Shown here one piece after another: positions 23,001-34,800 of a stretch of 64,000 nucleotides of DNA. Made by a program: the position numbers and the translations under genes. Each line of letters begins with the position of its first letter. Positions within the stretch are counted from its first letter, which is position 1. The notes under the pieces are model-generated. The model was not told the origin of the DNA. It did no database searches and saw only the letters and a program-made list of their open reading frames with translations. Source of the DNA: Eledone cirrhosa (lineage: Eukaryota); NCBI GenBank assembly GCA_964016885.1, contig OZ024740.1, forward strand, positions 259,656,001-259,720,000, given 5' to 3'.

Positions 23001-25625
23001 CTGGACATGTTTTCACCTTTCACCAAATTGGGAAGTTCCACATTCTCTAATTGTTTCATTGTTTGGTTACGTTCCTGTAACAGGAAGTTGAATTATAACA
23101 GTAGAACAAATGAATATATATAGACACATACATACATACATGGACATAAATACTCACACATATTCAATGAGAAAAGAATTAAACATAACACACACACACT
23201 CATTATATATCTAGACTTATTACCAGATTTGCATAGACCTGGGTTTGAAATAAAACAGGTGACTTACCTCAGTAGAATTGAAAGCCAGTAAACAGGTTTT
23301 GCCATTTGTCAGAAAGATTTCAAGACCAACATCTTTTAATTGGTACCACCGAGGAAGAAATTCTTTAATGTCCATCTGTGGCCAAGTCATGGACAGTTGA
23401 TCTTTGTTGCCAAGCAATACCTATATAGAGTTTATCAATAGTCATAATTAGTTATAGAATGAAATCATAAGTATTCTATACAAGAGTTTAATGCTATTCA
23501 TCATCATCGATCATCATCGATTAACATCCATTTTTTCCACAATATCAGGGGTTAGAGAAGTTATCCCGTTGTGAGACAAGTCAGATCAGATGACCATGTC
23601 TTGCTCATACAGAACTGTTTCTGGCTTAGTTTCTATGGCTGGATGTCCTTCATAATACCAACCACATTTACAGTGTGGACTGGGTGTTTTTTGTCATGAC
23701 ACCAACACAACCACTTTACAGTGTGGGCTGGGTGTTTTTTGTTATACAACTATTTTACAGTGTGAACTGGGCACTTTTTGTTGTGACACCTACACAACCA
23801 CATTTACAGTGTGGATTGGGTGTTATTCACCATGCTAAAGAAAGAGCCAGTTTTACAGACCCCCATGACAAGCTTCATACTCATCTGGGATCATTTTTGA
23901 AGCGATGATTTACAACTAGATTCTCTTCCTGGTGTTAACCTTTTTAGTCACTTCACACGACATGCAAAGTTACAGTGTACCTCTTCTAAACTGGATACAC
24001 ACAGTAAAACATTCTATACAGGGTGTTTAAAAAAATAATAGATATCATTGGAGATATAAATATCCCAGAAAGTCTAGGGCAATGAGACTGAGCAGGCTTT
24101 TTAAACACTCTCTCTCTCTATATATATATATCATAAGCATTCTATCATCATGATAATCATGTTACATTTATTTTCCAAGCTTGCATGGGTTTGATGGGTT
24201 CTGAGTCTAGACAAGTCAAATGACCACATGTCACTCATAGGATCCATTCTAGCATGGCTTTTTAATAGTTGGATGTCCTTCCTAATGCCAACCATATAAA
24301 ACATAATTGTTATCTCCCTCACAGTCACCCCTTTCACACAGAATGGAGTTACTAGTTTATATAAACACCAAGTAAACAAAAATACAAAACTTGTAACTTT
24401 TAACCCTTTAAACATTGTTTGACTGGTGTTTCAGTCATGACCATCCTGTCTTCTTTTCTGGGATATATGCAGAGTTAAGTTATCCAACATAGTCACGCAC
24501 CATTAAATTAGTGACTTTCTTTAGCTAGTCACTTTTGTTAGACAACAGGTTCAGAAAAGAAGGGTGAGGGAATAGAAGGATATGATGTAGTGGTGTTCAT
24601 GTTGTTCTTAAGAACATTTGTTTCATTATTAACGTGAAATGTTTTCAGCTAGGAACCAAAATTGAGTCAAAGGTACAGTTTATCAACAAATAAAATATTT
24701 TCAAAATGTTTTAACCAAATGAATGGTTATATGGGAGAGGTAGAGTCTAAAGTCTGTCTTGAGCTTGGAGGCTCATCAGACCGGTGCTTATCCTGGTTTT
24801 GTAGTGTGAAGTGACAGTAGAAGACTCCCCCTCAACAGGATGCCAGTCCATTGTAGGGTTAACCCCCCAGCTATTGCTGCTGGTACTCATTTTCAGCAGA
24901 GTATACTGGAGCAATGTGAAATGAAATGTTTTGCTAAAGAACACAGCACACAACCCAGTCCAGGAATCAAACCCATGACATTATGATCGTAAATCCAACA
25001 CTCTTACCACTAGGCCTCATGCCTCCAGAGGTAGAGTAATTGAGTGAATCTACCTTACAGACTGTGATATGATCTCTGTCACACAGTCATTGCTGAAGAA
25101 GAAGGAAGGGAGGAGGAGAAATAGTATTACCTGGGTATAATTCATGTCAGATACAGCTACATCAGCAATGAAGTAGACATTTCGTTCACCTGGAGAAAAG
25201 ACAATTGTAACTACATTAGCATACACTATATATATATATATATATTTTTTTTTTTTTCCATTTATCGTTTTCGGTACGCCCGGCCAACTAACTCACTCGA
25301 TATGCAAATTAGGGTGCTCAGCCGTTAATATGCATAAGGAAAGTATATACTTTCAAACGTTCAATCAACTGACAGGAAGGTATACGGTGCTGATGACAGC
25401 TAATAAGCTAGAAACTAGTTCATCGTTCCTTTGTCAGTGTTGAACAAAAGGGCAACGATGGTTGCCGAACACTGTACGGCTTAACTCAGGCTGTTTGTTT
25501 ACAAACAAACCAAGCATTATAATAAATGTTCGGTAAACCCATACGTACATATATATATGTGTGCATGTATGTATATATATACTACTGTACGTCTGTATAC
25601 ATATATGTATGTACGTATACATACT

Positions 25626-25665
<40 letters not shown>

Positions 25666-28600
25666 TAGAGAGAGAGAGATTGGTATACTTTGGGAGTGCC
25701 ATGCTGCCAATAAAAACACATGCACCAACTGACTTTCACTTCAATTTATTATTATAATTTTCAGCCAGTTAATTAAATAACTGGTCAAAAACAACATAAA
25801 AACGATGATCTCACAAGGTGGACTGGGTAGTTTTTCTCATGTCACCAGCACTACCTCCTTACAGGGTGGACTGGGTGCTTTTTCTCATGTCCTGGTATTC
25901 TATTTATCTCTGCCAGAAAGATGAATGTCAAAGTTGCCTGAAGCTGAATATTTGAAATCAGAACCCGAAGTACCAGATTTAAACACAAGGCCAACAATTT
26001 TGGGGGAGGGGAATGCCGAATAAATCGAACCCAGTGTGTTACTGGTACTTTATTTTATCGACCCTATAAGGATGAAAGGCAAAGCCAACCTTGGCAGGAT
26101 TTGAAGTCAGAAATTAAAGGGACGTAACTATATGCCACAAAACATGTAATGCAAGGTATTTTCTGACACTAATGATATGAGACAAATTACAACAGAATGA
26201 TAGGTCAGGTCAGGCTTCTGTCTGCTACTGGTACCTTGTAACGCAATACAACCTGCTTCATGGTCGAGTGGTCAGCAACTAAACTGGCTCCCCACCAGAC
26301 CCTGGCCTGGTGGGGAGGGTAATTGGAACCTCAGCAGCACAAAAAATAAGAGCTGTTAAAAAGGCAGATGAACTCCTCAGAGTCAATAGCTATGGGTTAA
26401 ATAGCTATACCCCTGAAGACTTAACCAAAACAAAATAGAAAGCGGTAGAGGTCAACCAGGAAGGGGTTCCTCCAATGGAAGTGAGAAGGCCCTAGATTGG
26501 GTTGGATGTATGTCAACTGGGAAGAGCTCCTCAAACCGAAGTGAGAGAGCCCTGGATTGGATCGGATGTAAGTCAACCAGGGAGGGGGTTCTCCAACAGG
26601 AGTGAGAAGAGCCTGGATTGGAAGTGAAAGAAAATAACATTACCTATAAGTAGCTCTCCTTTACTCTCAGACGATGGAGATACTGTTGTACAGCCACATG
26701 TAAACCTACAATGAAATGAGATAATTTAAACAACATCAAATATCCAACCCTATGTCCTCCATCCTCTACTTTAGGGATCAGTATTGTCTCCCCTGAATAT
26801 AATATTGACATTTTTTTCATATCAATTAAACATGGAGAGAAAGGCATCAACTATGTCCTTTTATTTTTTCAGATCCTCCAATTATCCTCAAACCAGATCT
26901 CAACTGAGTGCTTGCCAGGGGGTGGTGTCAATCTAGATAAGGAACTGTGGAAGACACCCAACGGCCAGGTGGAGGTGTCAATCTAGATGAGGAACTGTGG
27001 AAGACACCCAAGGGCCAGGTGGAGGTGTCAATCTAGATAAGGAACTGTGGAAGACACCCAAGGGACAGGTGGAGGTGTCAATCTAGATAAGGAACTGTGG
27101 AAGACACCCAAGGGACAGGTGGAGGTGTCAATCTAGATGAGGAACTGTGGAAGACACCCAACAGCCAGATGGAGGTGTCAATCTAGATAAGGAACTGTTG
27201 AAGACACCCAAGGGCCAGGTGGAGGTGTCAATCTAGATAAGGAACTGTGGAAGACACCCAAGGGACAGGTGGAGGTGTCAATCTAGATGAGGAACTGTGG
27301 AAGACACCCAAGGGCCAGATGGAGGTGTCAATCTAGATAAGGAACTGTGGAAGACACCCAACAGCCAGATGGAGGTGTCAATCTAGATAAGGAACTGTTG
27401 AAGACACCCAAGGGCCAGGTGGAGGTGTCAATCTAGATAAGGAACTGTGGAAGACACCCAAGGGACAGGTGGAGGTGTCAATCTAGATAAGGAACTGTGG
27501 AAGACACCCAAGGGACAGGTGGAGGTGTCAATCTAGATGAGGAACTGTGGAAGACACCCAAGGGCCAGGTGGAGGTGTCAATCTAGATAAGGAACTGTGG
27601 AAGACACCCAAGGGCCAGATGGAGGTGTCAATCTAGATAAGGAACTGTGGAAGACACCCAAGGGACAGGTGGAGGTGTCAATCTAGATGAGGAACTGTGG
27701 AAGACACCCAAGGGCCAGGTGGAGGTGTCAATCTAGATAAGGAACTGTGGAAGACACCCAAGGGCCAGATGGAGGTGTCAATCTAGATAAGGAACTGTGG
27801 AAGACACCCAAGGGCCAGGTGGAGGTGTCAATCTAGATAAGGAACTGTGGAAGACACCCAAGGGACAGGTGGAGGTGTCAATCTAGATGAGGAACTGTGG
27901 AAGACACCCAAGGGCCAGATGGAGGTGTCAATCTAGATAAGGAACTGTGGAAGACACCCAACAGCCAGATGGAGGTGTCAATCTAGATAAGGAACTGTTG
28001 AAGACACCCAAGGGCCAGGTGGAGGTGTCAATCTAGATAAGGAACTGTGGAAGACACCCAAGGGACAGGTGGAGGTGTCAATCTAGATAAGGAACTGTGG
28101 AAGACACCCAAGGGACAGGTGGAGGTGTCAATCTAGATGAGGAACTGTGGAAGACACCCAAGGGCCAGGTGGAGGTGTCAATCTAGATGAGGAACTGTGG
28201 AAGACACCCAAGGGCCAGGTGGAGGTGTCAATCTAGATGAGGAACTGTGAAAGACACCCAAGGGCCAGGTGGAGGTGTCAATCTAGATAAGGAACTGTGG
28301 AAGACACCCAAGGGACAGGTGGAGGTGTCAATCTAGATAAGGAACTGTTGAAGACACCCAAGGGCCAGGTGGAGGTGTCAATCTAGATAAGGAACTGTGG
28401 AAGACACCCAAGGGACAGGTGGAGGTGTCAATCTAGATAAGGAACTGTGGAAGACACCCAACGGCCAGGTGGAGGTGTCAATCTAGATAAGGAACTGTGG
28501 AAGACACCCAACAGCCAGATGGAGGTGTCAATCTAGATAAGGAACTGTTGAAGACACCCAAGGGCCAGGTGGAGGTGTCAATCTAGATAAGGAACTGTGG

Positions 28601-31600
28601 AAGACACCCAAGGGACAGGTGGAGGTGTCAATCTAGCTGAGGAACTGTGGAAGACACCCAAGGGCCAGATGGAGGTGTCAATCTAGATAAGGAACTGTGG
28701 AAGACACCCAACAGCCAGATGGAGGTGTCAATCTAGATAAGGAACTGTTGAAGACACCCAAGGGCCAGGTGGAGGTGTCAATCTAGATAAGGAACTGTGG
28801 AAGACACCCAAGGGACAGGTGGAGGTGTCAATCTAGATAAGGAACTGTGGAAGACACCCAATCGACAGGTGGAGGTGTCAATCTAGATGAGGAACTGTGG
28901 AAGACACCCAAGGGCCAGGTGGAGGTGTCAATCTAGATGAGGAACTGTGAAAGACACCCAAGGGCCAGGTGGAGGTGTCAATCTAGATAAGGAACTGTGG
29001 AAGACACCCAAGGGACAGGTGGAGGTGTCAATCTAGATAAGGAACTGTTGAAGACACCCAAGGGCCAGGTGGAGGTGTCAATCTAGATAAGGAACTGTGG
29101 AAGACACCCAAGGGACAGGTGGAGGTGTCAATCTAGATAAGGAACTGTGGAAGACACCCAACGGCCAGGTGGAGGTGTCAATCTAGATAAGGAACTGTGG
29201 AAGACACCCAACAGCCAGATGGAGGTGTCAATCTAGATAAGGAACTGTTGAAGACACCAAAGGGCCAGGGGGTGGTGTCAATCTAGATGATATATTTTAA
29301 AGACTTTATGAGACAAACTGAATCAGAGATAAGTCTACAATATATATTACAGGAATAGACATGTCTAAAATCTCAACAGTGATGGGCCTGAAAGACATTT
29401 CAGTGGATTGACATTTCGAGGAAGAAGGAAAGGAAAAAAGTGATTAGTGGAGAACCAAGAAGAAGAAAAAGGAGGCATGTGTCAGATGGGTTTCAGTCAA
29501 GGGCAGTTAATATTTAATAAGCTTAGAGAAGCAGAGGCAGTTTTTTTTCTTTTTTTGTCCACTACATGCAAGGCAATAAAACAACTAAAATGTATGAGGT
29601 TACTGAAAAAGGAGAAGGACAAGACAGAGAGAACATAATTCAAAGAGAGAGAGAGAAAGAGACAATGACGATTGATGCTGTTTTTGATTTTTCCAAATTG
29701 TAGTGGTCAGGAAAGCCAGAAGCTGAAAGAGTGAGATGTGAGAGGGAAGAAACGATCAAGTAGAATTTGATTACATTTAGGAAGTTCAACTGTAAATGGA
29801 TAAGGCCTAGCCACCAATCTAGCTCCATTTAAACTCATGGATACAAGGCAACAAAATGGAAAGCTTATCAGATCAATTCCCATGAAAATATTATAAAAAA
29901 GGCCAAGAGAGGCAATATTACGATGTTGTGGTAGTGATTGAAGCTGACATAAGTCAGGACTAATAATGTTGACAATTCTTCATTGGATCTTATTTAGACT
30001 CTCAAGGTGCATGAGAGAAGCACAAGACCAGATGTGGCAATAGTACGGATTACATGTAGTAGCAGTAGAAGTTGTAGAGTGGTGAGACAGTGCACCTGTG
30101 AAGCAGAGGGCGAAATCAATGACTATTACCAATCAGTTGATGCCTTAGAATTTCAGAATTCAATACACTTGGGGTCCCAAATAATAGATGGGGAAGGGTT
30201 GGAATAAGCGGGATGGAGGTGAAATAAGTGGGAGGTGGGTGGAAAAATGGTAATTTTTCTAGGTTGTCTCCATTGTTTTTTTTTTAAAACCAGAATTAGT
30301 CATTTAGTTTACATATTGAGACCACAACCCATCCTATTTATTTTAACGTATGACATTTCTAGTAATGTACTTTTTTGTTGTGCATAATGTTTTTTAATGT
30401 CTAAAGAAAATAAAAAGAAAATTTCACCAGAGATAGATTAGCTAAATTTAATAAGCGAGGAGGTTGAAATAAGAGTGGAGGAGTTGAAAAAAATCTGAAA
30501 AATGAATAAGTAGAGGAAACGATTATTCAAAACCCGAGAGTACTTACTGGATCTTCTCACTTGTGTAGAGTCTGTACATCAAGGCAGCAGAATCTGATGT
30601 TTGATGGTCATCTTCAAACAGGAAGATTAATGGAGGATCAACCTTCTCGTTGGCTGAATAACACGTTAATATTAACATTATGAAATAGAGAAACAACAAC
30701 AACATCATTATCGTCATTAGCAACAACCGCATCATCATAATCATTTATGTTCATTCTCTGCTGGCACGGGCTAGACAGATAATTATGGTCCAAAACTCAA
30801 TGGGTTGGAGAACTATGTCTTACTTGTATGTTCCATTTTTGGTATGGTTTCATTTTTGGCACGTCATTCTTAATGCCAACCTTTTTACAGAGTGTACTGG
30901 ATGCACACTAAAACAGAGCTGGCTATAGCCAGCATTCTGGGTGCCTGAAAAAACATCCTATTTTTTCCTGTGTTATTTACTGGACAATACTCACTGAAGA
31001 TCATGCTAGTGATTTTGTGAATCTATTAGTATATATAGTCCTGATATGTGCGAGGTACAGCATGGCCATCTGCCAGACATCTAACAGGATCACCCAGTCA
31101 CATGGCCCAAAAATGAACAAGGCATGATACGGCCAACTGGCCAGACCTTCCTCATAATGGGACCATCCAGCTCCCAATTTACGGTTTCATTGTGAGCAGG
31201 GTATGGCACATCCAACTGGCCAGAACCTCCCCATAATGGTGCCACCCAGTTCCACACTGCAAACGTGGTTGATGTTAGAAAGAATATCCAGCAGCTGTAT
31301 AAACCCAGGCAACACATAGTACTGATATAAGCAAGGTATGGTGTGGCCATTTGGCCAGACTTACCTTGTAACAGGACCTCCCTGTGTTATTTACTGAACA
31401 ATGCTCACTGACGATCCATGCTAATGATTTTGTGAATCTATTAGTATAAATAGTCCTGATATGTGCAAGGTACAGCATGGCCATCTGTTAAACTTGCCTT
31501 GTAACAGGATCATCCAGTAACATGGCCCAAAAATATGCAAAGCATGGCGCGGCCAACTGCCCAAACCTCCCTTATAAATGGGACCACCCAGTTCCACACA

Positions 31601-31779
31601 ACAAATATGGTTGGCATTAGGAAGGGCATCCAGCTATAAAATCCCAGCCAAAATACAGTTCCATTTGAGCGAGGTATGGCGTGGCCAGCTGGCCAGACTT
31701 GTCTGATAACGTGGATGACCCGTCCGACCCATGCAAGCATGAAAAAAACAGTCGTTAAATGATGATGATGATGATGATG

Positions 31780-31818
<39 letters not shown>

Positions 31819-34800
31819 TCACATATATACAGAGCTTGAATGAACTGAGAGAAAAAATTGGTACGAAAGGAATCAGAAGTAGTGTGCAAGAAAGAAGACT
31901 GCTTTGGTATGGACATGAGATGCGCAAGGATCATACTGGATGAAGAAGAGCCAGAAAATCCCAGAGGAAGGAAGCCACAGTAAAGGAAGACCAAGGAAGA
32001 CTTGGTAGGTGGCAGCAAGAGATGACCTCAAATTGCTGAAACTCATAGAGAAGATGGTGAATGAACACGGTGAATGAAACTCATAGAGAAGATGCTGTAC
32101 TGAAAAAGACCCGTCCAACCCATGCAAGCATGGAAAAGCAGACAATAATGATGCTGACGATATACAATGGGCTTCCGCACATTTTCAGCCAACCATATTC
32201 CAATCCCAAAGTATTGGTTAATTTGAGACTATGGGGGAAGAAGCCAGAAACACATGATTAAGAAATGAACTTGTCAAGCACACAATGATATATACACTCA
32301 TTAATTAAAAAAACAGATCAACTTACCTAGTTTATCCCAATATTTGGGACTGACATACTTTTCAGAAATACCCAAATGACACCTTTGCATTCTCTTTCGT
32401 ATTCGACAGGGTCCTTCAGTGGGATCTAGCTGCCATGATCGAGGATACGACTGCGGACAAAACCATATGGCCCTGAGAAACAACAACAACAATAAACTAA
32501 TAAGTTAAACTGAATGGCGATAGACATTTTTTACTTTTATTCTTATTTTTATTATAGGTGGTGAATTGGCAGAGTTGTTAGAACATCAGATAGAATGCTT
32601 TGTGGTATTTGCTTCTGTTCTCTGAGTTCAAATCCCACTGAAGTCAACTTTGCCTTTCATCCATTCGAGGTTGATAAAATAAAGTACCAGTCAAATACCG
32701 GAGTTTATTCCATTGACTTTCCTATTCCATCAAAATTGCTGGTCTTATGCCTAAATTAGAAATTATTATTACGGCAGTATCGGTAGAGGGTCGGACACCA
32801 TGCTTTGCAGCAAAGAGTTACGGCCCTTTATGGTCTGAGTTCAAATCCCGCCGAGGTTAACTTTGCCTTTCATCCTTACAGGGTCGATAAATTAAAGTAC
32901 CAGTAATACACTGGAATAATTGCTGGCCTTGTGCCAAGAGTAGAAACAATTATTACTAGATGAGAGTGATGTCATCTCTTTTTTCCTGTCACTCACTCTC
33001 TCTCTGTCTAAACAAATGACATCCCTTTTCTCTATGTACATCTCTTTTGCTTGGCACCCCCCCCCCCCTCTATATAGATGAGGGCCACATTGTAACTTTC
33101 TGTCTATCTACCGCATTTTATCACTTCAAAAACACACAGCATTCTCTTTACTCTTTCTATCTAAGTACATATCTCTCACTTGGCACTCCCCCTCTCTATA
33201 TAAAGTGAGCATGACAGATGAAGGGACAGATGGACCGACGGACACTGCTCTTATTATAATATAGATTATTGCAATCCCTTTATAGGTAAGTACAGCTTAC
33301 AAAAGTTCTTTAACACTTTTGATACCATATATCAAATGAGAGACACTGCCTATGTCTTTAACTATATTTCTCCTACCTATTTATATTAATTAATTTTGAA
33401 AATTAAAATCTCTCAATTCAAATCCCGCCAAACTCAACTTTACCTTTCAAGGTCAATAGAAAACGTACCAGTCTAGTACTGGGGTTGATTCTTTCTCTCT
33501 ATCTCTTTCTCCTTTTCATTCTTTAACTCTCTCTCTCTCTCCTCCTCTAGGAGAAACCTGTATTCAGATCTGGAAAGGAGATAGACTCTACCAGGTTTTA
33601 AAATACTCCTGCATCTCCCTCAGGAGTTATGGGTCCATACTTCTTTTTTTTAAAGCTTCATTCATTAGACTGAGGCCATGTTGAGGCACTGCCTTGATTT
33701 AGTTGATCATATCGACCCCAGAACTTATTTTTTCAAGTATGGTTCTTATTTCATCAATCTCTTTTTTTTTGTTGAACTGCTAAGTTATGGGGCATAAATA
33801 CTGACACAAATTTATGTAAGACACAGACACACATATGTATCTGTGTGTGTGTGAAAAGTAAATGGAAAACAACAAAGCAAACAATATAGTAGGAAAAGAG
33901 TCTTAATGTTTTGGAAGCTAGTCCATCAGAAAATAGAATCAGAAATAAAAGAACTAGAAAGATAGAAAAAGGTGAGAACGGAAAAACGTTTTTTCAGATT
34001 TTCACTGATGATTTAACAACTTGTATCTCCATATTATATCATTAATTTGATACAATTTGTTGTCCAATCATTGGTGAGTTGTTTGTTCTTCATTTTCATA
34101 TATAACACACACACACACACACATATATATATATCAAATGACATAATAATGCAACTTACATGTAGTGATATGTGCCAAATAACATGTGACACTTGTACGA
34201 TGTTAAATGTGATATAAAGTTAAACTACTCACTTTTCATGAGTTAGCTGCTGTACTAAATCTTGCCAGGATTTTTTAATCTGGATTCGATCAGTCATGGA
34301 CTGTTTGAGGTGGGTGACCAATTTCTTCCTCTCTTTATTCTGCATACGGAAGACTTGTTGAGTTACTTCCATTGCTGAATCAGCTAAATTCTTTATAAGG
34401 CTTTCATTTTTTATATACAGAATCCTGGACAAATATAGAAATACAACAATATAAGTAAGGTTTTCATCTCTTTGGCATCATTGTGTAGACAAGAAATAAA
34501 ATAGTACACTTCATTCATAGTATTATCATGCAACTTACACACACTATATATAGTCAGTCCTACCATACAAACCTCAGATAGTACTCTATATACACTGCCA
34601 TACACATACTATAGAGTCCACTATATATACTACCATAGACATATCATATAGTCCTCTATATACACCAACCCTCGCACTCCAATCCACACCACATTTGCAC
34701 TGTCAAGTTATGCTGGTACAACAAAAAGCACACAGCCCACACTGTAAAGTGGTTGTGTAGGAGTCAAAACAAAGGGCACCCAGCCCACACTGTAAAGTGG

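Noticed and set aside
25054-25092. 39-nt cassette exon with good-looking splice sites
   Set aside because: The upstream intron would be only 38 nt and the frame gives an immediate TGA; phases do not fit the neighbours
26914-29290. CRISPR array or tandem ribozyme
   Set aside because: No unique spacers, eukaryotic intron, no cas genes; CTAGATGA is not CTGANGA and there is no GAAA/UH geometry
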